Assembly (NCBI GenBank): GCA_964357635.1
Contig: CAYHLZ010000002.1
Coordinates: forward strand, 513 to 64,512
From: an uncultured Candidatus Saccharibacteria bacterium
Lineage (GTDB): Bacteria > Patescibacteriota > Minisyncoccia > Phycocordibacterales > Zambryskibacteraceae
Length of the DNA: 64,000 bases
Direction: 5' to 3'
The position numbers and the translations under genes are program-made. The notes under the pieces were generated by a model, which saw only the letters and a list, made by a program, of their open reading frames with translations, was not told where the DNA came from and made no database searches. Within the stretch, counting starts at the first letter, position 1, and the number at the start of each line of letters is the position of its first letter. Below are positions 37,832-46,698 of the stretch, one piece after another.

Positions 37832-37851
37832 GTAGTGAGCTAGTCGAACTA
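37832..37851. repeat. 20-bp REP-like repeat, copy 2
   Basis: GTAGTGAGCTAGTCGAACTA overlapping the rpsO stop. Confidence 0.7.
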
Positions 37852-38115
37852 TTTCTTCAAACCAAGTTTCTTTTGTAGAGTTGAAGCACGCTTCGGACTC
37901 TTCTTTTCCAAATATTTCATATGCGCCTGACGATCTGCCACCATGGCAAGTAGTCCTCGGCGTGAGTGATTATCTTTGGCATGCGTTTTGAGATGCTTTG
38001 CGAGCTCCTCTATCCGCTTTGTCAATATGGAAATTTGCACTTCAGGAGAGCCGGTATCTTTATCGTGTACAGCTACCTCCTTAATGAGTTTAAGTTTTCT
38101 GGTTTTAGAAATCAC
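37849..38115 (-). CDS. rpsO: 30S ribosomal protein S15
   Basis: HDKDTGSPEVQISILT, HAKDNHSRRGLL. Confidence 0.97.
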   Translation of the reverse strand: MISKTRKLKLIKEVAVHDKDTGSPEVQISILTKRIEELAKHLKTHAKDNHSRRGLLAMVADRQAHMKYLEKKSPKRASTLQKKLGLKK

Positions 38116-38174
38116 TTAATAATAATAGCACACGGAGACGCGGATTGCAAGAGTGTGGTATAATGTCGCACAAC

Positions 38175-39086
38175 ATGAGCCAAGTTAGCGAACTAGAACA
38201 ATTAAAGCGAGAATTCCTTGAATATACCGAAATTGAGAAGGGACGCAGTCTCAAAACTGTTGAAAATTATGACCGATATTTAACTAGATTTCTTGAGTAT
38301 TCTAAGGCGAGAAAAGCGGGCGATATCAAAGATGACACAGTGAGAGAGTACCGGCTTTGGCTTAATAGGCAGGCTACCAAAGGAGGCACCCTAAAGAAGA
38401 AAACTCAAAATTACTATCTTATTGCTCTCAGAGCCTTTCTCAAGTATTTGGCAAAACGTGGAGAAAAAACCTTGTCGCCGGAAGTTATAGAGCTTGCCAA
38501 AGTTGGTGAACGCTCCATAGACCTCATTACTCCAGAAGAGCTCTCACGACTTCTTGATGCTCCAGACACAACAGAGCTTTCTGGTCTGCGGGACAAGGCA
38601 ATACTAGAAACCCTTTTCTCAACAGGACTGCGCGTTTCAGAAATCTGTGGTTTGCCGAGAGATTTGGATCTCTCTAGTGAAGAATTTTCCGTGCGTGGCA
38701 AAGGAGAGAAGGTGCGAGTAGTATTTCTCTCCCCCGAGGCAAAAAGCACAATAAAAAAATATCTGGAAAAGACCACCGCCTATGGCGGGGCCCCGCAGAA
38801 AGCGGTGGGAAAAGAAATCTATGATGAAAGATTGTTCCCAGTCACAACACGCTCTGTTCAGAGAATTATCAAACACTATGCTATCAAAGCTGGTATTTCC
38901 AAGAAAGTTACTCCTCACGTGGTACGCCATATGTTTGCAACAGACCTCCTTTCAAATGGTGCCGACCTGCGCAGTGTCCAAATGCTTTTGGGGCATGCCA
39001 ATATTGCCACCACCCAGATTTATACCCACGTCACAGACAAGCAACTAAAAGAAGCGCACAAAAAGTTTCATTCTAGGAGGAAATAG
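38175..39086 (+). CDS. XerC/XerD-family tyrosine recombinase
   Basis: Catalytic set GLRVSE, RGKG, HVVRH, LGHA, IYTH; SAM-like N-domain; housekeeping context. Confidence 0.9.
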   Translation: MSQVSELEQLKREFLEYTEIEKGRSLKTVENYDRYLTRFLEYSKARKAGDIKDDTVREYRLWLNRQATKGGTLKKKTQNYYLIALRAFLKYLAKRGEKTLSPEVIELAKVGERSIDLITPEELSRLLDAPDTTELSGLRDKAILETLFSTGLRVSEICGLPRDLDLSSEEFSVRGKGEKVRVVFLSPEAKSTIKKYLEKTTAYGGAPQKAVGKEIYDERLFPVTTRSVQRIIKHYAIKAGISKKVTPHVVRHMFATDLLSNGADLRSVQMLLGHANIATTQIYTHVTDKQLKEAHKKFHSRRK

Positions 39087-39094
39087 GCACTCAT

Positions 39095-39123
39095 TTGACA
39101 AAATTGAGGCGATTTGCTATGCT
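39095..39123 (+). promoter_or_regulatory. Sigma70 promoter of nusA
   Basis: TTGACA-17 nt-TATGCT with extended TG. Confidence 0.75.
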
Positions 39124-39143
39124 TAGGGAGTAATAGTTTCCAG

Positions 39144-39173
39144 GAGTGGGTTCGCCGCAAGGCGAACCCATTT
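39144..39173 (+). promoter_or_regulatory. rimP-leader-like GNRA hairpin in the nusA 5' UTR
   Basis: GAGTGGGTTCGCC-GCAA-GGCGAACCCATTT. Confidence 0.55.
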
Positions 39174-39188
39174 CGTAACCAAAACAAT

Positions 39189-40343
39189 ATGTTTGATTTA
39201 AAAGTCATCAATTCAGTACTAGGCGAACTTGAAGAAGTGCGCGGTATTCCCCGTGCCTCTATTGTTGAAGCCATAGAAGCCGCCCTCGCCACAGCTTATA
39301 AGAAAGAATATGGCAAGAAGGGACAAATAATCCGCACCACCTTTGACCCAAACACAGGGGAAACTAACTTTTTCCAAGTAAAGATTGCAGTAGATGATTC
39401 ACGCGTCATTTTTGACGAAAACGACCTGCCCGACGGCAAGGCGGGGGAGATAAAAGAAGGTGACGAGCGCGATATATATAATGCCGAGCACCATATTCTT
39501 CTTGAAGACGCCCGTAAGATTAAGAAAGATGCTCAACTTGATGAGGAGATAATCTTTCCCATTGAATCTAAAGGGGATTATGGTCGCATTGCTGCTCAGA
39601 CCGCTAAACAAGTTATAACTCAGAAAATTCGTGAAGCAGAAAAGACTTCCGTGGTTGCTGAATTCGGCAAACGGGAAGGTCAGATTGTAAATGGTTCTGT
39701 TCAACGCCTTGAGCGTGGCAATATTTTCGTAGACATGGGTAGAGCCACTGGCCTTCTTCCATATGAAGAACAGATTCCTGGAGAAAGATTTGGTCAAGGA
39801 GAGCGAGTGAGAGCATATCTTTATAGAGTGGAGGAAAGTCCTAGAGGAGTATTCCTTCGTCTCTCACGCTCACATCCAAAATTTATTGAAAAACTTTTTG
39901 AGGCCGAAGCACCAGAACTCGCAAACGGCACTGTGGTTATAAAGGCTATTGCCAGAGAAGCCGGTTATCGCTCCAAAATTGCTGCCCTTGCCATAGACAG
40001 TCACATTGATCCAGTTGGTGCACTTGTCGGTCAGCGCGGAGTGAGAGTTTCTACTGTGATGTCAGAATTACGCGGAGAAAAGATAGACATTATTGAATGG
40101 TCGGCAGAACCGAAAAAATTTATTGAAGAAGCCCTTTCTCCTGCAAAAATTCTTAACATTGAGATTAATGAAGCGGAGAAGTCCGCAGTCGTTAATGTCT
40201 CAGAAGACCAACAGTCTCTTGCTATAGGCAAGGGCGGGCAAAATGTGCGCCTAGCAGCCAAGCTTACTGGCTGGAGGATAGACATCCAGTCTGCCAAAGG
40301 CGAAGAGCTTGCGGTTGCCGATGTTTCCGCTGATAATAAATAA
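39189..40343 (+). CDS. nusA: Transcription factor NusA
   Basis: GRIAAQTAKQ, S1 domain, AREAGYRSKIA, AIGKGGQNVRLAAKLTGWRIDI; start at ATG 39189. Confidence 0.97.
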   Translation: MFDLKVINSVLGELEEVRGIPRASIVEAIEAALATAYKKEYGKKGQIIRTTFDPNTGETNFFQVKIAVDDSRVIFDENDLPDGKAGEIKEGDERDIYNAEHHILLEDARKIKKDAQLDEEIIFPIESKGDYGRIAAQTAKQVITQKIREAEKTSVVAEFGKREGQIVNGSVQRLERGNIFVDMGRATGLLPYEEQIPGERFGQGERVRAYLYRVEESPRGVFLRLSRSHPKFIEKLFEAEAPELANGTVVIKAIAREAGYRSKIAALAIDSHIDPVGALVGQRGVRVSTVMSELRGEKIDIIEWSAEPKKFIEEALSPAKILNIEINEAEKSAVVNVSEDQQSLAIGKGGQNVRLAAKLTGWRIDIQSAKGEELAVADVSADNK

Positions 40344-40344
40344 T

Positions 40345-40878
40345 ATGAATCTCTGGCACGACATAGAACCAGGAAACTTTGAAGCGATGAACGTCATCGT
40401 GGAGATAAATAAGGGTTCTAAAAATAAATACGAGATAGACAAGAGAACAGGACTTATTGCCCTTGACCGAGTACTTCATAGCTCGCAGGACTTCCCTTTT
40501 GACTACGGTTTTATCCCTCAATCACTTTGGCACGACAAAGATCCTCTTGATGTGATTTTACTAACTACTTATCCTCTTGTTCCTGGGGTTATGGTACGAG
40601 CACGACCAGTGGCACTTATGAACATGATAGACAGCGGTGAAGGAGACGATAAAATTATCGCCGTACCAACGGACGACCCTCGTTTCAACACAGTTAAAGA
40701 TTTGAAAGATATTAACCCTCACACCCTTAAAGAGATTGAGCATTTTTACTCTACATATAAGAAACTTCAGAACAAAGAGGTCAGGGTAGAAGGTTTTAAG
40801 GGCAAAGAAGACGCAGAAAAAGTCTTTGAAGAGGGTCTTAAACTCTATCAGAAAGAGCATTCGCAGGGCACAAAATAG
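40345..40878 (+). CDS. ppa: Family I inorganic pyrophosphatase
   Basis: KYEIDK, LDRVL, YGFIPQS, DKDPLDV, DSGEGDDKIIAV. Confidence 0.95.
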   Translation: MNLWHDIEPGNFEAMNVIVEINKGSKNKYEIDKRTGLIALDRVLHSSQDFPFDYGFIPQSLWHDKDPLDVILLTTYPLVPGVMVRARPVALMNMIDSGEGDDKIIAVPTDDPRFNTVKDLKDINPHTLKEIEHFYSTYKKLQNKEVRVEGFKGKEDAEKVFEEGLKLYQKEHSQGTK

Positions 40879-40934
40879 TTCGCTATAATTAAAGCCTACG
40901 GAAACGGCTGAAATTAAGAACTAATTAGATATAA

Positions 40935-41591
40935 ATGAAGCATAGAAGAATTGTTGTTTCTGGCATTGTACTTGCTCTCGTTTTTCTCTCAACCCCAGCC
41001 CTTGCTGAGGAAGGAGCAAACGCTGGCTTTAGTGCCGGAGGAAGTACGACACCACTTAAGGTGAAAGCAGAGATGAGGGCAAACATTGAAGCCAAGCGAG
41101 CTTCAAGTACAGAACGCCGAGAGGACACGCGTGAGAAAATGCTTGAGCGCAAGGCTTCAACCACTGAGCGCATACAGGAACGCAAGGCTTCCAGTACTGC
41201 CCGTAGAGTTGAATTCCAACAAAATCTTGCCAAGCGCCAAGTAGAACACGTTACGAAAGTAATGCTCGCCACCATTGAACGCCTTGAAAAGATTATTGTA
41301 AGAATTGAATCAAGAATTGCTAAAATTGAGGCTGAAGGTGGCAATACAGAAGAAGCAGAAGGATTTGTCGCTGATGCAAAAGTAAACCTAACTGACGCCG
41401 AAGCCTCTGTCAACGCTTTTGCCAGCATTGAACTTACTAGCGATAAGGCCAAAGAGAACTTTGAGAAGGTTCGTAATGCCGCAGCAGAGGCTCGGGAACA
41501 TATTCGTATGGCGAGAGAGAATCTTATGAAAGCCATACGTTCACTGGGTTCTGTAAAGGCTAGTGTAAGATCAGATAATTCCGTGGAGTAA
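40935..41591 (+). CDS. Secreted coiled-coil hypothetical protein
   Basis: Signal peptide ending ALA; repeated (R/K)ASST/ASTT units. Confidence 0.65.
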   Translation: MKHRRIVVSGIVLALVFLSTPALAEEGANAGFSAGGSTTPLKVKAEMRANIEAKRASSTERREDTREKMLERKASTTERIQERKASSTARRVEFQQNLAKRQVEHVTKVMLATIERLEKIIVRIESRIAKIEAEGGNTEEAEGFVADAKVNLTDAEASVNAFASIELTSDKAKENFEKVRNAAAEAREHIRMARENLMKAIRSLGSVKASVRSDNSVE

Positions 41592-41615
41592 ATTATTGAC
41601 TAACCAGTAACCAAC

Positions 41616-41876
41616 ATGGATGGAGAAAATAACCTAAATTCTGGAGAAAAAAATGGTGGAGCTGGGCCAATCATTGCTGTAATCATTATTCTTGCTCTTG
41701 TTATTTTGGGAGCTCTCTATTTTTGGGGAGAGCGCAATGACAGGGACGAGTTACTTAACGATGATGCGCTTGAAGCCATAGAAATGCAGAGCACTTCAGA
41801 CGAGACTGACTCTATTGAGGCAGATCTAGATGCGACAGATGTAGACAGTCTTGATAGCGAGATAAACGCTTCCTAA
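41616..41876 (+). CDS. Small membrane protein with acidic tail
   Basis: [22 protein letters not shown], then [13 protein letters not shown]. Confidence 0.7.
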   Translation: MDGENNLNSGEKNGGAGPIIAVIIILALVILGALYFWGERNDRDELLNDDALEAIEMQSTSDETDSIEADLDATDVDSLDSEINAS

Positions 41877-41890
41877 CCATAAGTTTCTTA

Positions 41891-41939
41891 GATATAACAA
41901 AGAGTCCCAGAGTTGCACTCTGGGACTCTTTGTTATATC
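41891..41939. terminator. Perfect 23-bp-stem hairpin (terminator, overlaps clpP promoter region)
   Basis: GATATAACAAAGAGTCCCAGAGT-TGC-ACTCTGGGACTCTTTGTTATATC. Confidence 0.7.
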
Positions 41940-41950
41940 GTAAGTCCAAT

Positions 41951-42526
41951 ATGGGTTATTTAATACCAACAGTTATAGAAAAAAGTCAGTTTGGGGAGCG
42001 AGCATACGACATTTACTCGCGACTTTTGCGCGAGCGCATTATTTTTCTCGGTGGGAGGATAGATGATGATTCTGCCAATATTGTTATCGCCCAACTTCTT
42101 TTTCTTCAATTTGAGGATCCAAAAAAAGATATTTCTCTCTATATTAACTCTCCCGGAGGTTCTGCTTCTGCAACTCTTGCGATGATAGATACTATGAATC
42201 ACATTAAACCAGATGTTTCTACTGTCTGTGTTGGTCTTGCGGCATCGGGTGGTGCGTGGCTTCTTTCTGCTGGCGCCAAAGGCAAGCGATTTGCCCTACC
42301 TAATGCTGAGATTATGATTCACCAACCTCTTGGTGGCGCAGAAGGTCAAGCAACTGATATTGAGATACAGGCCAAACAAATCCTTCGTCTTCGCGAAACT
42401 CTTGTTAAAATTATGGCTAAAAATACAGGGCAAACCGTCGCCCAAGTTCAAAGAGATATTGACCGAGACTTCTTTATGAATGCGGAGGAAGCCAAAAAAT
42501 ACGGCATCGTAGACAAGATTCTATAG
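41951..42526 (+). CDS. clpP: ATP-dependent Clp protease proteolytic subunit
   Basis: [46 protein letters not shown]. Confidence 0.97.
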   Translation: MGYLIPTVIEKSQFGERAYDIYSRLLRERIIFLGGRIDDDSANIVIAQLLFLQFEDPKKDISLYINSPGGSASATLAMIDTMNHIKPDVSTVCVGLAASGGAWLLSAGAKGKRFALPNAEIMIHQPLGGAEGQATDIEIQAKQILRLRETLVKIMAKNTGQTVAQVQRDIDRDFFMNAEEAKKYGIVDKIL

Positions 42527-42619
42527 CTGTAGTAGAATAACAAAGTTCATCTTGTAAAGAATTATTGAAACGTTTCATAACTCCCGTCTGACCTAAACGA
42601 CCGCTCGGTTCCGGAAAAC

Positions 42620-44149
42620 ATGTCTGTTAAATTAGCTTTACTTTTAGCATTGCTTGCCGCATCTGCCGGTATCGGCTTCGGTTATTTGCTGCGTCTTCTA
42701 ATCTCTCTTGGTAAGAAGGGCTCGATGGAGCTTGATATTAAGGAGATGGAGCTTTCTTCCAAGGAGGAGGCGCAGAGAATTATCTTGGAAGCAGAAGCTC
42801 GTAGGGATGAGATTATTCAAAAGACCCAAAAAGATGTTAAAGAACGCGAAGAGAGGGCGAAAAAGACTGAAGACAGGCTTGTTACAAAGGAAGAATTTTT
42901 AGATAAACGCCAACTTGATTTGGATAAGGAAGCAGATGTTGCCGAAAGGAAAATTTCTGAAGCAGCTTCTCTTAAAGAAAAGGCAGAAAAGCTTGTTCTG
43001 TCGCGCCAAGTAGAACTTGCCAAGGTCTCCGGGCTATCTCATGCGGAAGCCAAGAAAGAGCTCTTAAAAATTGTAGAAAAAGAAGCCGAAGAAGACATCC
43101 TTGTGCGCACCCAAAAACTTGAGGCCGAAGGAGAAGCTCGTCTTGAGTCCAGAGCCAAAGAAATTCTTGCCACAGCGATTCAAAGGCTTGCTGTATCAAC
43201 TTCAAGTTCAATGATGGGTACCACTGTAAACCTACCTTCCGATGAACTGAAAGGAAAGATTATCGGCAAAGAAGGGAGAAATATCAAAGCTTTTGAACGT
43301 GCCACCGGTGTTGAGGTGATTGTAGATGATACACCAAACTCCATTACTCTTTCTTCTTTTGACCCTGTGCGTCGAGCGATAGCTAAACTGGCACTAGAAA
43401 CTCTGATTGCTGACGGTAGAATTCAACCGGCCAAAATTGAAGAGCTTGTAGAGAAAGCTACCAATGAAACCAATAAAATTATTAAAGAAAAAGGTGAGCA
43501 AGCCGCTATTGAGTGTGAAGTTTACAATCTTGACCCCAAATTAATCTCACTTCTTGGACGCCTGCACTTCCGTTCTAGTTATAGCCAAAACGTTTTGGAC
43601 CATTCTATAGAAATGAGTCATTTGGCAGGCATGATGGCCAAAGAGCTGGGAGCAGACGTCGCAGTTGCTCGAGCCGGTGCCCTACTTCACGACATTGGCA
43701 AGGCACTTGACCACGAAGTTTCTGGTACTCATGTTGAGATTGGTAGAAAAATTTTAGCCAAGTTTAATGTTTCCGAAGAAGTTATCAAGGCGATGCAGTC
43801 GCATCATGAGGAATACCCGTACGAAACCATTGAGTCTGTTATCGTTCAAACTGCCGACACTATATCGGGCGGAAGACCTGGGGCTCGTCGAGACACCGCA
43901 GAGCGTTATCTCAAGCGCCTTACTGACTTGGAAAACATTGCTCTTTCCTTTGACGGTGTGGAGAAGGCTTATGCTCTTGCTGCCGGTAGGGAGGTTCGGG
44001 TCTTTGTTACCCCAGACAAGATTTCTGACTTGGAGGCCAAAAAAATGGCTAGAAATATAGCCTTAAGAATTGAGAGCGAACTTAAGTATCCAGGTGAAAT
44101 CAAAGTTAATGTTATCCGTGAGGCAAGGTCTATAGAATTTGCCCGCTAG
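42620..44149 (+). CDS. rny: Ribonuclease Y
   Basis: N-terminal TM, coiled coil, KH KGKIIGKEGRNI, HD LLHDIGK, RPGARR. Confidence 0.96.
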   Translation: MSVKLALLLALLAASAGIGFGYLLRLLISLGKKGSMELDIKEMELSSKEEAQRIILEAEARRDEIIQKTQKDVKEREERAKKTEDRLVTKEEFLDKRQLDLDKEADVAERKISEAASLKEKAEKLVLSRQVELAKVSGLSHAEAKKELLKIVEKEAEEDILVRTQKLEAEGEARLESRAKEILATAIQRLAVSTSSSMMGTTVNLPSDELKGKIIGKEGRNIKAFERATGVEVIVDDTPNSITLSSFDPVRRAIAKLALETLIADGRIQPAKIEELVEKATNETNKIIKEKGEQAAIECEVYNLDPKLISLLGRLHFRSSYSQNVLDHSIEMSHLAGMMAKELGADVAVARAGALLHDIGKALDHEVSGTHVEIGRKILAKFNVSEEVIKAMQSHHEEYPYETIESVIVQTADTISGGRPGARRDTAERYLKRLTDLENIALSFDGVEKAYALAAGREVRVFVTPDKISDLEAKKMARNIALRIESELKYPGEIKVNVIREARSIEFAR

Positions 44150-44252
44150 AGAGCACCTTTCCCAACCAATGGCGTAAAAAAATGGCTTGGTATATAATCA
44201 TATGAGTCTAAAGGTATTGTGTAGTCAGATTTATCAAATAAAACTATGAGTT

Positions 44253-44525
44253 ATGAATAAGATAGATATTGCAAACGCAGTGCATGGGAAGCTCGGTGGC
44301 ACCAAGGTGCAGGCTGAGGGAGTTGTCGATACAGTTATCGACTCAATCGTCTCCACTCTTAAAAAGGGTGGCGAGGTCTCCATTGCTGGTCTTGGTATCT
44401 TCTCAACCAAGGTTCGCGCAGCACGTCAGGCCAGAAATCCTCGTACAGGCGCATCCATCTCGGTTCCGTCTATGCGAGTGCCAAAGTTTCGACCAGCCAA
44501 AGCATTAAAAGAAGCAGTTAAGTAA
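44253..44525 (+). CDS. hup: DNA-binding protein HU
   Basis: MNKIDIANAV, GLGIFS, ARQARNPRTG, VPKFRPAKALKEAV. Confidence 0.95.
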   Translation: MNKIDIANAVHGKLGGTKVQAEGVVDTVIDSIVSTLKKGGEVSIAGLGIFSTKVRAARQARNPRTGASISVPSMRVPKFRPAKALKEAVK

Positions 44526-44544
44526 ATAAAACTTAAAACTTCAA

Positions 44545-44578
44545 TAACAAAAACCCGCGCATGCGCGGGTTTTTGTTA
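44545..44578. terminator. Bidirectional terminator
   Basis: Palindrome TAACAAAAACCCGCGCATGCGCGGGTTTTTGTTA between convergent genes. Confidence 0.85.
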
Positions 44579-44594
44579 CCCTCCTATGAAACGT

Positions 44595-46070
44595 TTATTC
44601 TACTTTATACTCTTCTCTGATTTTACCAATCTCTTTTTCTTCCTCACCTTCATTTTTATCTTTTGCAATTTTACCGAATTTAAAGAGTTCTTGGGGTGGG
44701 AGGGCGTGTAACTCCAGCACTCTTTTTTCTAAGTGTTCTTTGGTATTGAGTTCGGGTTTTTCAAGCACTTCCGACAAAAGAATTTCTAATATGAAACCAA
44801 TTTTTGGTCCTGCTTCAATTTTAACGAGCTTCATTATATCTGCTCCATTGAGGGCAAGTTGTTTTACAGAAATTGGGTCGCGTAAAACCTCCTCAATCAT
44901 TGATTTATATTTACGCAGACGATAAGGTGTTTCTTTCGGCCTGCCGGTGCCAATGCGGTCAGAGGTGCGTAAGTCAACAAGATCCCAAATTAAATCTACT
45001 CCAACATTGCGCACGATGCGACGTACTGCGCTGGGTGTTATTTTTTCTGTGTCAGAAAAGAACATGTGCCAGCGCACTAGTTTAGCTGTTTTATCTATAG
45101 TTTCCTTAGGGAATTTGAGGGTTTCAAGAATCTGTTTGGCAAGCCGTGTACCCACCACCTCATGACCATAGAAGGTCCATTGGTTGTTTTTCCGAGCCCT
45201 GGTATGTGGTTTGGCCACGTCATGTAGGAGAGCGGCCAGACGGACATGGAAAGGAAACTTTTTCTTGGCGGAATGATTAAGTGTTCTTAGAATATGTTCC
45301 CAAACCGTATAAGCATGGGCCTGATTTTGTTCCATGCCTATCCCCTTCTCAAATTCAGGTGAAATAAATTTCAAAAGACCGAGACGAGCCGCCAAGTCTA
45401 AAGCAAGCGCCGGTTCATCAGAAATAATAATTTTACTAAACTCATCACGAATACGTTCTTTAGAGATATGTTCCAAGAGTGAAGCATTTTTTGTTATTGC
45501 TTCTTGAGTCTCATGCTCTATGGCAAAGTTTAATTCACTTGCAAAACGAAGAGCGCGCAGCATTCTAAGCGCATCTTCTCCAAATCTTTCCTCTGGGTTT
45601 CCCACAGTGCGAATAAGTTTTTTCTCAATATCAACTTGACCTTGAAATGGGTCAAGCAGGTCTCCAGTTTCTACATTGTAAGCAAGTGCATTCATGCTGA
45701 AGTCTCGGCGTGCCAAGTCTTCTTGTATGGTTTTGCCCCAATGCACCTCGTCTGGTCTGCGAAAATCTGAATACCCTGACTCAAGACGATAAGGTGTCAC
45801 TTCAATTGTTTTGAGACGCACATCTTCTGTCCCCTCATTAACAACTCCAACGGTACCGTATTCATTTTCGTAAAATGTTTTTGGAAAAATCTTTATTATC
45901 TCTTCTGGTTTGGCACTTGTGGCAATATCCCAGTCTTTGGGATCCCTACCCATGACCAAGTCACGGACACAGCCTCCGACCAAAAAGTTTTCAAATCCGG
46001 CGCGTGAAAGTACGTGCGAAACACTTTTCACCTCTTCGGGGACCTCAAATTTTTGTTTTGTTTTAGACAT
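44595..46070 (-). CDS. cca: CCA tRNA nucleotidyltransferase with HD domain
   Basis: VGGCVRD, DWDIAT, DLARRDFSMNALA, EDALRMLRA, LLHDVAKP. Confidence 0.9.
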   Translation of the reverse strand: MSKTKQKFEVPEEVKSVSHVLSRAGFENFLVGGCVRDLVMGRDPKDWDIATSAKPEEIIKIFPKTFYENEYGTVGVVNEGTEDVRLKTIEVTPYRLESGYSDFRRPDEVHWGKTIQEDLARRDFSMNALAYNVETGDLLDPFQGQVDIEKKLIRTVGNPEERFGEDALRMLRALRFASELNFAIEHETQEAITKNASLLEHISKERIRDEFSKIIISDEPALALDLAARLGLLKFISPEFEKGIGMEQNQAHAYTVWEHILRTLNHSAKKKFPFHVRLAALLHDVAKPHTRARKNNQWTFYGHEVVGTRLAKQILETLKFPKETIDKTAKLVRWHMFFSDTEKITPSAVRRIVRNVGVDLIWDLVDLRTSDRIGTGRPKETPYRLRKYKSMIEEVLRDPISVKQLALNGADIMKLVKIEAGPKIGFILEILLSEVLEKPELNTKEHLEKRVLELHALPPQELFKFGKIAKDKNEGEEEKEIGKIREEYKVE

Positions 46071-46087
46071 AAATTAGGAGTTTAGAA

Positions 46088-46162
46088 TGGTGCCCCCAGC
46101 AGGAATCGAACCCACATCACCTGTTCCGAAGACAGGCACTTTATCCATTAAGCTATGGGGGC
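46088..46162 (-). tRNA. tRNA-Arg(TCG), CCA encoded
   Basis: GCCCCCA acceptor, CCTGT-CTTCGGA-ACAGG anticodon arm, GTTCGATTC T loop. Confidence 0.92.
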
Positions 46163-46192
46163 GTTGAATTTATCGTACAAGAGATTTATCTG

Positions 46193-46263
46193 TGCGACTA
46201 GGGAGAATCGAACTCCCATCTCGTCCTTGGCAAGGACGCATTCTACCACTAAACCATAGTCGC
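46193..46263 (-). tRNA. tRNA-Gly(GCC)
   Basis: GCGACTA/TAGTCGC acceptor, CGTCC-TTGCCAA-GGACG. Confidence 0.93.
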
Positions 46264-46339
46264 AAGTGAAGAGATAATAACTTATTTGGGGAAAAAAATC
46301 GAGATTTTGAAATCACATCTTCGCGTGATAGGATGGACG

Positions 46340-46425
46340 ATTACGGGCTGTATGAGTACATCAGCCCGAGCATTCAGAACGATAAGTTATGCTAGCATAA
46401 CTTCTGTTCTTCATTACGGGCTGTA
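46340..46425. repeat. tRNA-Pro 5'-end duplication element 1 (acceptor-stem microhelix + palindrome)
   Basis: ATTACGGGCTGTA at 46340 and 46413 (73-bp period); CGGGCTG-TATGAGTACAT-CAGCCCG-A; AAGTTATGCTAGCATAACTT palindrome. Confidence 0.85.
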
Positions 46426-46487
46426 GTACAGCGGTAGTATACACGCTTCGGGAGTGTGAGACCCGAGTTCGATTCTCGGCAGCCCGA
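46417..46487 (+). tRNA. tRNA-Pro(CGG)
   Basis: CGGGCTG/CAGCCCG acceptor, CACGC-TTCGGGA-GTGTG. Confidence 0.93.
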
Positions 46488-46528
46488 TGCCAAATAAAGT
46501 GTGTTAGCATAATTTCTGTTCCTAACTA

Positions 46529-46599
46529 CGGGCCGTAGTATATCGGTAGTATGCATGCTTTGGGAGCATGAGGGCCGAGTTCGATTCTCGGCGGCCCGA
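46529..46599 (+). tRNA. tRNA-Pro(TGG)
   Basis: CGGGCCG/CGGCCCG acceptor, CATGC-TTTGGGA-GCATG. Confidence 0.93.
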
Positions 46600-46607
46600 A
46601 AGAACGT

Positions 46608-46698
46608 TTCTCACTACGGGCTGTATGATTACATCAGCCCGAGCGCTCGAAGCCCGTGCCCATGTAAACATGGTCACGACTTCTCACTACGGGCTGTA
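46608..46698. repeat. tRNA-Pro 5'-end duplication element 2
   Basis: TTCTCACTACGGGCTGTA at 46608 and 46681 (73-bp period); CGGGCTG-TATGATTACAT-CAGCCCG-A; CGTG-C-CCATGT-AA-ACATGG-T-CACG hairpin. Confidence 0.85.

Noticed and set aside
38175-39086. Tyrosine recombinase as a prophage or island integrase
   Set aside because: Xer-like size and motifs, flanked by rpsO and nusA, with no att repeats or cargo genes.
40925-41536. 203-aa antisense ORF, and the many other overlapping short ORFs in the track (e.g. 1054-1488, 31562-32038, 36505-36981, 55172-55675, 56183-56656)
   Set aside because: Shadow frames of well-supported genes.
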